From: Patescibacteria group bacterium
GTDB taxonomy: Bacteria > Patescibacteriota > Patescibacteriia > UBA9570 > JAHJKD01
DNA: 64,000 nt
Assembly: GCA_041660885.1 (NCBI GenBank)
Contig: JBAZVM010000006.1
Coordinates: 15,063-79,062 of the forward strand
Direction: 5' to 3'
Shown: piece after piece, positions 40,255 through 49,821 of the stretch
Layout: each line of letters opens with the position of its first letter
Numbering within the stretch: position 1 is the stretch's first letter
Program-made: the position numbers and the translations under genes
The notes under the pieces: model-generated
Database searches by the model: none
What the model was told of the DNA's origin: nothing
What the model saw: the letters and a program-made list of their open reading frames with translations, nothing else

Positions 40255-41040
40255 GTGCGATATAATGCGGTTATGGACAAGCATTTAACCGATAAAGACA
40301 CAAAAGAGCATTGGTTTACGCGCTTAACCAGCCCGCGCCTTAGTTTTTGGCTGGGCGTGGTTTTAGGCTGCTTGATTATCACTTTTGCCGGTGTTGGTTT
40401 TATCGGGTATCTTTACGCCGATGGAAAGTTTTTTTTAGAACAGCCTGATTTGAATATTAATGCCGTGAGAAAAGCCGTGGAGAATCCCGTAGAAGATCTC
40501 ACTACGAAAAAAAGCGATGTATCTTTGGGCACCATGGATTATCCTTACGGATATGACCAAGCGGAACTTATTTTAGTAGTTTATAGCGATTACGAATGTC
40601 CTATTTGCCAGCTTTATTATAATAATGTGCAAAGTTTTGTGGCGACGTATCCGGGGAGAATGCGGCTGGTGATGAAAAATTTTGTGCTCAACCAAAAGCA
40701 TCCAAAAGCGCAAAGCGCCGCGCAAGCCGCCATCTGCGCCGGACAACAAGGCCAGTATTACGGATTTGCCGATAGATTATTTGCCGATCAAAATTCTTTA
40801 AACGAAGAAGCTTATTTGCGTTATGCAGCAGAGCTGGGCTTTAATGAGAATGAGTTTACGGCTTGCCTGGATGATCAAACAGTCACGGAAAAAATCTATC
40901 AAGATTATCAAGAAGCGCTGGATTTAGGCGTGCATGGCATTCCCAATACCATTATCATCTATCCGGACGATACTACTCAGCTGATCGACGGCAATGTATC
41001 CAAGGATTTCCTCGCTTCTTTGCTCAGCGATTATTTATAA
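40255..41040 (+). CDS. DsbA-family thiol:disulfide oxidoreductase, membrane-anchored
   Basis: YSDYECPICQ active site and GIPNTIIIY. The likely real start is ATG 40274. Confidence 0.75.
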   Translation: MRYNAVMDKHLTDKDTKEHWFTRLTSPRLSFWLGVVLGCLIITFAGVGFIGYLYADGKFFLEQPDLNINAVRKAVENPVEDLTTKKSDVSLGTMDYPYGYDQAELILVVYSDYECPICQLYYNNVQSFVATYPGRMRLVMKNFVLNQKHPKAQSAAQAAICAGQQGQYYGFADRLFADQNSLNEEAYLRYAAELGFNENEFTACLDDQTVTEKIYQDYQEALDLGVHGIPNTIIIYPDDTTQLIDGNVSKDFLASLLSDYL

Positions 41041-41790
41041 ATGATTCCCTATTTTCAATCCATCTCTTTTAACATAGGCCCTATTCCGATTCAGGTTTGG
41101 GGCTTAATGGTCTCTTTGGGCATTATCGCGGCTTTAATCGTGATTTATTTTTTAGCGAAAAAGCAGGGCTTGGAATATAAAAAGATTCCGGACATGGGTT
41201 TTTGGATAGTGCTTATGGCGCTTATTGGCGGCCGCGTTTTTTATATTCTTGGCGATTTTAATTATTTTTTTCAAAATCCTCTGGATGTGTTTAAAGTCTG
41301 GGAGGGGGGGATGTCTATATCCGGCGGATTCGTTTTTGCCACCATAACCGGCTGGCTGTATTGCCGAATCAATAAATTAAAGTTCTTGGATTATGTGAAT
41401 GTTTGTCTTTTTGGTTTGCCTTTAGGCTTGGGCATTGGCCGTTTAGGCTGTTTTTTTGTGTTTGACCATCCAGGCAAGGCCACTAATTTTTTTCTCGGAG
41501 AAAAATATATCGACGGCATTGTCCGTCATAATCACGGACTTTATTTAAGTATAGAGGGTTTTATTTTATTTATAGTTTTTTTATTAATATATTGTTGGGG
41601 CAGATCTAGATCTGCCAGTACACCCTACCTATACGCCATCATCTTTTTGATCGGTGACGGCCTTACGCGTTTTATCTTGGATTTTTATCGCATAAACGAC
41701 CCTCTTTTTTGGGGGCTTACTATTGCTCAGTATTTAGCCGTATTAATGGTTATTGGAGGCATTATTTTAGCTGTTAAAAGGAAAAGTTGA
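41041..41790 (+). CDS. lgt: prolipoprotein diacylglyceryl transferase
   Basis: GPIPIQVWGLM, GGRVFYIL, GGMSISGG, GRLGCFF motifs. Confidence 0.9.
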   Translation: MIPYFQSISFNIGPIPIQVWGLMVSLGIIAALIVIYFLAKKQGLEYKKIPDMGFWIVLMALIGGRVFYILGDFNYFFQNPLDVFKVWEGGMSISGGFVFATITGWLYCRINKLKFLDYVNVCLFGLPLGLGIGRLGCFFVFDHPGKATNFFLGEKYIDGIVRHNHGLYLSIEGFILFIVFLLIYCWGRSRSASTPYLYAIIFLIGDGLTRFILDFYRINDPLFWGLTIAQYLAVLMVIGGIILAVKRKS

Positions 41791-41815
41791 CAGGTTGGTT
41801 ATTTTAATATAATAT
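41787..41815 (+). promoter_or_regulatory. sigma70-type promoter for rplJ-rplL
   Basis: TTGACA at 41787-41792. TATAAT at 41808-41813 or TAATAT at 41810-41815 (spacer 15 or 17 nt). Confidence 0.5.
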
Positions 41816-41821
41816 TGTTTT

Positions 41822-41915
41822 TACATAGCCGAAGACCATGGGTAGCGCAAGTATAAATCCCATGCAGGTGAAAATATATTTATTTATATTATTCGGCTAA
41901 AATAGCCGATTTTTT
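41822..41915 (+). promoter_or_regulatory. ribosomal protein L10 leader with terminator/antiterminator
   Basis: Hairpin CATGGG...CCCATG. Terminator TCGGCTA-AAA-TAGCCGA followed by T6 at 41893-41915. Upstream ATAGCCGAA (41825-41833) can pair with the terminator 5-prime arm. Confidence 0.5.
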
Positions 41916-41933
41916 ATTAAATTTTATTGATAT

Positions 41934-42455
41934 ATGGCAAAAAATAAGCAGCAGAAAGAAGAAATAGTAGTTGATTTAACTAAAAGGCTAAAAGAAGCCA
42001 AGGGCGTTGTTTTTGGCAGCTATATCGGTTTAAAAGTGGTGGAATTGGAAGAACTTAGAAAGACGCTTCGCGCTCAAAAGGCCGATTTAATGGTAGCCAA
42101 GAAAACCCTGTTAAAGCGCGCTTTGGAATCTTCCGATTTAAAAGACGTAAAAGTGGAAAACATGGAAGGCGGCGTAATCGTGGCTACGGGAGCAGACGAA
42201 GTGCAACCCGCGAAAGTAATGCAAGCTTTTTCTAAAAAGCACGCGCCTGTGAAATTTTTTGGCGGCATTATGGAAAAAAAGTGGATAGACGTAGAAAAAG
42301 TAAATGCTTTGGCTGCCTTGCCTTCTAAAGAAGAATTATTGGCCAAGATTGTCGGTTCTTTGAACGCTCCGGTTTCCGGATTTGTGCGCGTTCTTTCCGG
42401 TAATCTGCGCGGATTGGTGCAAGCCTTAAACGCCATTAAAGAGAAGAAAGCTTAA
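41934..42455 (+). CDS. rplJ: 50S ribosomal protein L10
   Basis: Sequence and position upstream of rplL. Confidence 0.95.
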   Translation: MAKNKQQKEEIVVDLTKRLKEAKGVVFGSYIGLKVVELEELRKTLRAQKADLMVAKKTLLKRALESSDLKDVKVENMEGGVIVATGADEVQPAKVMQAFSKKHAPVKFFGGIMEKKWIDVEKVNALAALPSKEELLAKIVGSLNAPVSGFVRVLSGNLRGLVQALNAIKEKKA

Positions 42456-42475
42456 TATCTTACGATATTCCTAAT

Positions 42476-42498
42476 ACCCCCGGTTTAAAACCGGGGGA
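42476..42498. repeat. palindromic intergenic repeat ACCCCCGGTTTAAAACCGGGGGA (copy 2)
   Basis: Matches 17951-17973. Confidence 0.55.
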
Positions 42499-42531
42499 TA
42501 ATGATAGACATTAAAAATTAATTATAAAATT

Positions 42532-42945
42532 ATGGCAGACGAAGTAAAAAAGGAAGAAAAAAAAGAAGTAGTTGTACCCGAGAAATTTAAATCTCTGGTA
42601 GAACAGATTGAAAAAATGTCCGTCTTGGACTTAGCCGAATTGGTTAAGATCCTGGAAGATAAATTCGGCGTTTCCGCCGCCGCTCCTATGATGGCTATGG
42701 CCGCGGGCGCTGCAGCTGCTCCAGCTGAAGAAAAGGATGCTTTCGATGTGGAATTATCCTCTATCGGCAGCGATAAAATCGGCGCCATTAAAGTGGTGCG
42801 CGAATTAACCGAACTTGGTTTGAAAGAAGCTAAAGATTTGGTGGAAAAAGCTCCGAAAATGGTAAAACAAGGCGTAAAGAAAGAAGACGCCGAAACCATG
42901 AAGAAAAAGTTAGAAGCTGTTGGTTGCAAAGTAGCTTTAAAATAA
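42532..42945 (+). CDS. rplL: 50S ribosomal protein L7/L12
   Basis: Ala-rich hinge. C-terminal domain [24 protein letters not shown]. Confidence 0.95.
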   Translation: MADEVKKEEKKEVVVPEKFKSLVEQIEKMSVLDLAELVKILEDKFGVSAAAPMMAMAAGAAAAPAEEKDAFDVELSSIGSDKIGAIKVVRELTELGLKEAKDLVEKAPKMVKQGVKKEDAETMKKKLEAVGCKVALK

Positions 42946-42952
42946 ATCATAT

Positions 42953-42981
42953 AAAAAACCCCGCTACGGCGGGGTTTTTTT
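42953..42981. terminator. bidirectional intrinsic terminator between convergent genes
   Basis: A6-CCCCGC-TACG-GCGGGG-T7. Confidence 0.8.
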
Positions 42982-42996
42982 ATTTAAAGAGATTTA

Positions 42997-45270
42997 TTAA
43001 GGCAGATCGATTTCAAATACCTCTAGCCCGTTAAGCAAGTATAATTTTTTATTGGCTTCATCTAGGGTCATGCCTTTAAGATCTCCCCATTTATCGGAAA
43101 GATATTGCGCTTTTAGTTTGCCGTTTTTATCAAACACAGCTACTTGTTTTTGAGAAGGATTTAATATGTACAAGCTTTGGCTGTTTTCGTCCGTGTAGAT
43201 TTCCGTACTGCCGGATAATCCCGGTTGGACGGTTTCCATCTTCCATTCCTTTTCCACGGCGCCGCTGAATAATTTTATCACTTCGCCGTTATCTTTTAAC
43301 ACATAGATGGCCCCGTCAATGGAAAAGCTTTTGGCCGTGCTTAAATCAATGTCTTCATCTGTTATCCATTCTTCCGCTTGGCCGTAATTATCTCCGCTTT
43401 TGGTGTTTTTATAGATCTGATTGTTTTTTATATCGAGGGTGTATAAACGAGAACCGAAAGTGACCAGATCTATTAAATTAGTATTTTTATCGCCGAATTC
43501 GGCGGAAACTTTGGATAATTTTTCCAACACCGGATTAAATTGCGTTAGGGATTGATCGTCCAATAAAGCCAGCACCGTAGCCGCGGAATCTTTGGTTATG
43601 GCGCGGAATTTTTTATCCGCTGCGTCTTTGCTTACCACAGCTTTCGCTTCGTTTGTTTCCATGTCATAGCGGTAAACTGAATTATTATCCGCGGCGAATC
43701 CGAAAACATTTTCGCTGATCAAGCTGATCTGGCTTAAATTTATGCCGCTGCCAACAGAAGAAAAATTAGCTACGGATTTTGGTTCGCTTATTCTGGTAAC
43801 ATAATTAACTTTATCTTCAATGGCTTGCAGCTTGTTTTGCGGGTCTGCGCCTTTTTCTTTCCAAAGCTTGCTGTCTTTCGGAATAGCGGCGAGAAGATCA
43901 GAGGCCTCTTTGGCTAAATTTCGCGCGCCTTGGTAATCGTTCATCAATATTTTAGTATCCGCTTCGCCCAATTTATTATTGGCCGTATCGATATTGGTTT
44001 CGTAAGTTTTTTCCGATACGACTTTTTCTTGGTTTTTCCCTTGCAGTATTATGCTGTAAGAAAATACTAAAATAATCACAATAAATAAAACCATGAACGC
44101 TTTGCGGGGAGTGGATAAATTTTTAAACCAAGTAATGGTGCGGTTTAAAAATCCGCCGGCTTTATTCGGCAAGGCGCCGAAACTTTGGGAGTATTTTCTT
44201 TTTTGCTTGAACAGCCCGGCTATTTGCCGGAAAAACCATACGATTCCGGAGACTATTTGCAATCCGGCGTTTTTTAGAAATGATCCGATTTTTTTAAGAA
44301 TCAGCAGCCAAGCAGGCGGTGTTTTAAATTCTTTGGTATCCAGTTTCTCCGGAGAGTTATCGGGCTTGATATCCGGTGGGCTTGTTTTAATCGGAGAAAC
44401 TTTAGAAGCCATCTGCTTGATATTCTTTTTTATACCCGGCCATAAAGAAGGAGAAAGCAATTCGGTGGTGCGGCTTTCTTGAGAAACAAGCTTGGTCATG
44501 GAATCGTCGGCCGGAGATTGCGGCTCGTGGCTTAAATTTTGACGCGCTAATTTTTCCGTAGGCGCGATTTTTGCTTCCACCGCCGGTGTTTTAGCCGGCA
44601 TTTCTCCCGGCCTAAGCCCTAAAACCAAAGCCGCGAAATTAGTGGCGTTGCTATTTTCCGCGAGAAGTTCCTCTAAATAATGGCAAGCTTCTTCCGGTTC
44701 GTTTTCTTTTAATGTTTTCTTGATTTTTTCTTGAGAAAGATAATCCAATATGCTTTCCGTGGCGAAGATCATAGATGAATTGGGGGAAAGCTGGCCAGAG
44801 GAAATGTTGGATAATATTTTAAGCGGGTTTTTAGATTGATATTTGCTGCTTTCGTCCAGTTTTATAATATTGTTTTTTTGCACCAATAATATATTAATGG
44901 CGCCGGTTTGCGTGAAATGGATTTCATTTCCTTTTATAACGGCAATGGATAGATTTAATTTTTTCAGCCATTCTTCGCCTAATTCGCCGATCACTTTTTG
45001 CAATTTGCGGTTCAAAAGATGCAGGGTATTTTCAAATGCCGTTTCCGTTTCTAAATCGGTGGAGCGATAGTAATTTTGGGTTAATTCTTCGTTGATCAAG
45101 TTAATGACTTCCGCGTTGGCTTCGTCTTTAGAATCGATATTTACAATAGAAAAAATAGTGCCGAAATTTTTTTCTTCCAAGGGCGTAGGTTCGGAAACAT
45201 AAATGCCGGTGGTGCTTTTTTCGTTTTCCGGCGGCGTTATTAGCAATTGGCTTATTTTATGCATAATCAA
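42997..45270 (-). CDS. large hypothetical membrane protein (757 aa)
   Basis: Long ORF with a central TM helix (FMVLFIVIILVFSYSIIL). C-terminal half is beta-rich and repeat-like. Confidence 0.55.
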   Translation of the reverse strand: MIMHKISQLLITPPENEKSTTGIYVSEPTPLEEKNFGTIFSIVNIDSKDEANAEVINLINEELTQNYYRSTDLETETAFENTLHLLNRKLQKVIGELGEEWLKKLNLSIAVIKGNEIHFTQTGAINILLVQKNNIIKLDESSKYQSKNPLKILSNISSGQLSPNSSMIFATESILDYLSQEKIKKTLKENEPEEACHYLEELLAENSNATNFAALVLGLRPGEMPAKTPAVEAKIAPTEKLARQNLSHEPQSPADDSMTKLVSQESRTTELLSPSLWPGIKKNIKQMASKVSPIKTSPPDIKPDNSPEKLDTKEFKTPPAWLLILKKIGSFLKNAGLQIVSGIVWFFRQIAGLFKQKRKYSQSFGALPNKAGGFLNRTITWFKNLSTPRKAFMVLFIVIILVFSYSIILQGKNQEKVVSEKTYETNIDTANNKLGEADTKILMNDYQGARNLAKEASDLLAAIPKDSKLWKEKGADPQNKLQAIEDKVNYVTRISEPKSVANFSSVGSGINLSQISLISENVFGFAADNNSVYRYDMETNEAKAVVSKDAADKKFRAITKDSAATVLALLDDQSLTQFNPVLEKLSKVSAEFGDKNTNLIDLVTFGSRLYTLDIKNNQIYKNTKSGDNYGQAEEWITDEDIDLSTAKSFSIDGAIYVLKDNGEVIKLFSGAVEKEWKMETVQPGLSGSTEIYTDENSQSLYILNPSQKQVAVFDKNGKLKAQYLSDKWGDLKGMTLDEANKKLYLLNGLEVFEIDLP

Positions 45271-45407
45271 AAATATAGCTAATATTAAATATCATTATTA
45301 TTATAATAAGAAGAAGTAAAAATAGCAAGAAGCCCGGCTCATTGCTAAAAAATAGTATCTATTATATAATATTTTCAGTTAATAAAGGTTAAATTGTAAA
45401 TATAAAC

Positions 45408-45968
45408 ATGCTTGAACAATTATTTGGTTCGCGGACCAGGGTAAAACTATTGCGCTTGTTCTGCCGCTATCCGGAGCAGCGTTTTTTTGTGCGCGAGCTT
45501 ACCAGAAAAATAGACGAACAAATCAACTCCATCCGCAGGGAATTGGCCAATTTGGAAAAGATGGGCTTGCTGAAATCTGAAGTAAAAGATAAAAAAAAGT
45601 ATTACCAGATCATTCCGGATTTTATTTTATACCCGGAAATCAAAGCGCTTATTTTAAAATCGCGCTTTACCATGGAAAGGGAATTCGTTTCCGGTATCAA
45701 GAAATTCGGCACTTTGCAGTATCTGGCATTATGCGGCTATTTCGTGGATGATAAAGAAGCGCCCGTGGATTTATTCATAGTCGGCCGGGTAAGTAAAAAA
45801 AAGCTGGCTGATCTTTTGGAAAAGTTTAATCGCGGTTTTGGCTATGAAGTGCGCTTTACCGTGATGGATATCGATGAATATAAATATCGCAAGGAAATCA
45901 CTGATAAATTTTTATACGAAATATTAAACCGCAATAAAATTATTGTGGTCGATAAATTAAACGGATAG
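45408..45968 (+). CDS. winged-helix DNA-binding protein
   Basis: N-terminal ArsR/MarR-like wHTH (RVKLLRLF...FVRELTRKIDEQINSIRRELANLEKMGLL). Confidence 0.5.
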   Translation: MLEQLFGSRTRVKLLRLFCRYPEQRFFVRELTRKIDEQINSIRRELANLEKMGLLKSEVKDKKKYYQIIPDFILYPEIKALILKSRFTMEREFVSGIKKFGTLQYLALCGYFVDDKEAPVDLFIVGRVSKKKLADLLEKFNRGFGYEVRFTVMDIDEYKYRKEITDKFLYEILNRNKIIVVDKLNG

Positions 45969-45972
45969 CCCC

Positions 45973-47907
45973 ATGAAACGTTTATTTTTTCTTTTCTTAT
46001 TAGCGCCATTATTATTATGGCCGAATTTGTTTTTTGCGCAGACCGCGGAAAAATCATATTATCTTTCGGATTTCTCCACTTATTTTACCGTGAACGAAAA
46101 TTCTTCTGTTTTGGTGCAGGAATTTGAAACTGTTAATTTTACCGGAAGCTTTTCCTATATCACCAGAGAAATACCGTATCAAGGAGAAATGGAGATTGAA
46201 AGTTTGGAAGTATACGACCAAAAAGACCAACATCTGCTAACCGGCGATGAAATAGAAATAGTGGATACGGGATATTCCAAACAAATCACCATTAATTTTT
46301 CCGCCGTGAATGAAGAACGCACTTGGCTTTTTCAGTACAAGGTAAGAAATGTTATAAATTATTTTACGGATTACGATGAATTATATTGGAATGTGTTGCC
46401 GGACGACCGAGATGTTCCTTGCGATAAAGTAAAAGCCGTGGTTTACCTGCCTAATCCCGTAGCGGATACTTCTTCATTTCAACAAAAAATATATTATGGC
46501 TATTATGGTTCCGAATCTGAAGCCACTACTTATCGTGTTGTAGATAATCAAACTTTATTATTCGAAGGCGTGAATGTGCCGGCTTATTACGATTTTACCA
46601 TTGTAGCGGGTTGGCCCAAAGGAATCGTAGAAAAACCGCCGAAGTTTGCGGTGAACACCAATATCGCGGCTGATGTTTTTATAGACGGGAAAGATACATA
46701 TTTTCAAACGCCTCATGAATTCTGGATAGGAGAAGATGAAATTTTTTCACCGGGTAAGCATGAAATCATATTGTCCCGTTTCGGCTATGGCACTTATACC
46801 GGAGAAATTGATGTGGTAAACAAACAAGCCGGAGAATTATCCGTAGATTTGAAAATAGAGCTTTGGTATCGTATTGCCAAGTATATTATTTACTTATTAA
46901 TCGGTTTGTATTTCGCGTCACCTTTGTTTGTGGGCATATTTTTATTGCGCCGCTGGTTCAAACTGGGCCGCGACCCCAAAGGAAAGGGGACAATCATCCC
47001 GCAATATGAATCTTATAAAAATGATCCTCCCGGCGTAGTTGGCACTTTGATTGATGAAAAGGCCGATTTGAAAGATTTAACTTCTACCATCATTGATCTG
47101 GCCGTGCGCGGGTATTTAAAAATATTGGAAAAAGAAAAAAATAAATATTCTTTCAAGAAATTAAAAGAGTGGAACAGCGACGCCACTTTACACACCTATG
47201 AAAAAACTTTACTGTCTGATATATTTGGCGCAAAAGAAGAAGTGAGCTTAAACGATTTACGCTATAAATTTTACAGTTATATCGCTCCGCTGCGCGACAT
47301 GCTGCACGAGGAAGTGCTGAATCATAATTATTTCGCGCGCAATCCCGGAAAGGTGCGCAAGAAATACACCGGTTTTGGCGTGGCTTTAATTATTTTCGGC
47401 TTTGTCGGGTCGTTCTTCTTTTTTATCGGCATTCCTTTGATAGTCATCGGCATCATGTTGGCGATATTCGCTTCCCGCATGCCGCAGAAGACCATGGAGG
47501 GAGTATTGGCCAATGAATGGGCGCAAGGATTTAAAATGTTTTTGTTTCACGCGGAAAGATACCGCATTGCTAAAATGACACCGGAATTTTTCGAGCGCTG
47601 TTTGCCCTATGCCATGGTTTTTGGCGTGGAAAAAGAATGGGCCAATCAATTTAAAGATATTTATAAGCAACCGCCTTCCTGGTACGAAGGCTATAGCACT
47701 TCGCATTTGGCTGCTTGGTCGGTTATCGGATTCACTAGCGGGCTTTCTTCTTCCTTTAGTTCAGCCGTGCAAACCACTCTTACCAGCATGCCCAGAAGCA
47801 GCAGCAGCGGCGGCCACTGGGGCGGAGCAGCCGGCGGCCATTCCGGATTCTCGGGTGGAGGATTCTCTGGCGGCGGCTTCGGCGGCGGCGGATTTCGCGC
47901 GGGTTAA
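45973..47907 (+). CDS. DUF2207-family membrane protein
   Basis: Signal peptide, extracellular N-domain, TM helices, and the characteristic Gly-rich tail GGFSGGGFGGGGFRAG. Confidence 0.7.
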   Translation: MKRLFFLFLLAPLLLWPNLFFAQTAEKSYYLSDFSTYFTVNENSSVLVQEFETVNFTGSFSYITREIPYQGEMEIESLEVYDQKDQHLLTGDEIEIVDTGYSKQITINFSAVNEERTWLFQYKVRNVINYFTDYDELYWNVLPDDRDVPCDKVKAVVYLPNPVADTSSFQQKIYYGYYGSESEATTYRVVDNQTLLFEGVNVPAYYDFTIVAGWPKGIVEKPPKFAVNTNIAADVFIDGKDTYFQTPHEFWIGEDEIFSPGKHEIILSRFGYGTYTGEIDVVNKQAGELSVDLKIELWYRIAKYIIYLLIGLYFASPLFVGIFLLRRWFKLGRDPKGKGTIIPQYESYKNDPPGVVGTLIDEKADLKDLTSTIIDLAVRGYLKILEKEKNKYSFKKLKEWNSDATLHTYEKTLLSDIFGAKEEVSLNDLRYKFYSYIAPLRDMLHEEVLNHNYFARNPGKVRKKYTGFGVALIIFGFVGSFFFFIGIPLIVIGIMLAIFASRMPQKTMEGVLANEWAQGFKMFLFHAERYRIAKMTPEFFERCLPYAMVFGVEKEWANQFKDIYKQPPSWYEGYSTSHLAAWSVIGFTSGLSSSFSSAVQTTLTSMPRSSSSGGHWGGAAGGHSGFSGGGFSGGGFGGGGFRAG

Positions 47908-48061
47908 AACAAAAAAATATGGACAAAGAAAAAATATTCAACAGCCGGACAGATAAATTAATGAAGCGTTTTGCCATTGCTAGCGGTTTGATCGGTTTGT
48001 TTTCCTTGATTATTCTGGCGGTTTTGTACTATCTATCTTCTAATTATTCCGCTTAATAAAT

Positions 48062-49057
48062 ATGCCGGCTATGCTGAAAAAAATCTGTCTATTGTTGGCG
48101 TGCGCGATTTTATTTTCCGGCTGCTTGAATCAGCCGCAGGCCAATACAAACAGCCAGCAGATTTTTAACGCTAACCGAGTTTTATTATACATTCAAGACG
48201 GGCAAATATACGCCGCGGAAGAAGACGGGCAAGACCCCGTTAATGTTTCCAATAACAACAAAGAAAATTTTTCTCCCGTTTGGATTACGAAAGGCGCGGA
48301 GGCCTTGTTCATTGCCAAACAGAATGAATATTACGAAGTTTGGCAGACAAATTTGGAAAGCGAAGACACTCAACTTTTATGGGGTTCCAAGAAAGAGCCG
48401 AATTTAATCGCGCTTTCCCCGGATAATTTGTGGCTGACTTACGCGGAAGAAGGGGGATGCTTTTTATTTAATAAAGAAGAAAAGAATGCCACCCGCATCA
48501 GCGAAGAATGCAATTTTTTATCTTGGGCGCATAAGAAAAAACGCTTTGTTTATATCAGCGAAGATAAATTGTTCGTGCGAGATTTCAATATTAAGCAAGA
48601 TTTATCCGAGCCCAAGGAAATTTATAGCGGAGAATTGCAGTACCCTCTTTTTTTAGATGATAACACTATTATTTTCGAAGCGCCCGATGAAAATTCCGAT
48701 CCCGCAACCCATGATATATACAAATTATCTTTGGAAGACAGCGTAAAAACCGCCATAACCGATTTGAATTGGCCAGGCCATGAAAATGTTCGCCTGGCAA
48801 TTTCTCCGGATAAAGAAAAAATAGCTTATAGTTTTGATGAAGAAACATGGCTGATACCCATAGCCAGCCCGGAATTGGCCAAACAAGTGCTGACCAAAGC
48901 TTCGGATTTAATCTGGGACATGGAAAGCAGCGGGTATTATTACACGGCAGAAGAAGTGGACGAAAATAATGAATTAAGGCATAATATCTACCGAGCAACA
49001 AAGGACGGGTTAAACAAACAATTGATAATAAATAACGCGGAAAAACCAGTATTATAA
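48062..49057 (+). CDS. lipoprotein, TolB-like beta-propeller repeats
   Basis: Lipobox LFSGC. Repeated S-P-D-x-x-x-(I/L)-(A/T)-Y type motifs (LSPDNLWLTY, ISPDKEKIAY). Confidence 0.55.
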   Translation: MPAMLKKICLLLACAILFSGCLNQPQANTNSQQIFNANRVLLYIQDGQIYAAEEDGQDPVNVSNNNKENFSPVWITKGAEALFIAKQNEYYEVWQTNLESEDTQLLWGSKKEPNLIALSPDNLWLTYAEEGGCFLFNKEEKNATRISEECNFLSWAHKKKRFVYISEDKLFVRDFNIKQDLSEPKEIYSGELQYPLFLDDNTIIFEAPDENSDPATHDIYKLSLEDSVKTAITDLNWPGHENVRLAISPDKEKIAYSFDEETWLIPIASPELAKQVLTKASDLIWDMESSGYYYTAEEVDENNELRHNIYRATKDGLNKQLIINNAEKPVL

Positions 49058-49058
49058 T

Positions 49059-49820
49059 ATGTTGATTTTAAAAAGACTAACTCCTTATATCAGCGCGGCC
49101 ATCTTTCTGGCCCTGTTTCAATTTTCCGAAATTTATTATACTTATTGGTATTATTTTATCGCGGGCATAGTTATTTTATCCGTTTTTACGGTTTTTTTCT
49201 TAAATAAATTTTCTTTTTCCAAAGAAACGCTGGCTTTTTGCCTGCCTTTATTCTGGTTTTCCCTGGGCGTTTTCGCTTTTCTATTTTTTCAGGATAAAGA
49301 ATTGGTTAAGCAGATAATAATTTTTTCAAGCGCTTTTATTTTTTGGTTGTACACCAATAATATCGCCATCTATATTTATAAGCACAACGCGTATTTGGCT
49401 TATTCCTTGGAAAATATTTCCAATTACCTAAACTTGCTCACTGTTTTTTTGGTTTATGTTTCCAGTTTCAGTTATTTTATTCTTTCCGTGGCCAGATTGC
49501 GCTGGGTAATGATTTTGATTTTTGTATTTACTTATTTGCTGACTTGGCAAACCATGTGGATCAATCAGGTACATAGCCACAAGTTTAAATATTTCTCCTT
49601 GATCATGGCGGCCGTGTGCACGGAAATGTTTTGGGCTTTGAAATTTTGGCCCACCAGCTATTACGTCAATGGCTTGGTTTTAGCCGCGGTTTTTTTTATT
49701 CTTTCTCATTTTGTAAAATTGCGGCACTCGGAAACTTTAAGCAAGAAAATAATTTTTCGCTATTTAGCCGGCAGCGCGTTTGTTTTAACAATTATTTTAG
49801 CCACAGCCCAGTGGACATAA
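49059..49820 (+). CDS. polytopic membrane protein, unknown function
   Basis: 253-aa ORF with 7-8 hydrophobic segments. Confidence 0.5.
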   Translation: MLILKRLTPYISAAIFLALFQFSEIYYTYWYYFIAGIVILSVFTVFFLNKFSFSKETLAFCLPLFWFSLGVFAFLFFQDKELVKQIIIFSSAFIFWLYTNNIAIYIYKHNAYLAYSLENISNYLNLLTVFLVYVSSFSYFILSVARLRWVMILIFVFTYLLTWQTMWINQVHSHKFKYFSLIMAAVCTEMFWALKFWPTSYYVNGLVLAAVFFILSHFVKLRHSETLSKKIIFRYLAGSAFVLTIILATAQWT

Positions 49821-49821
49821 T

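Noticed and set aside
47919-48008. Short ORF after the DUF2207 gene (MDKEKIFNSRTDKLMKRFAIASGLIGLFP, 29 aa).
   Set aside because: It is very short, stops inside what would be its only TM segment, and has no RBS or terminator support.
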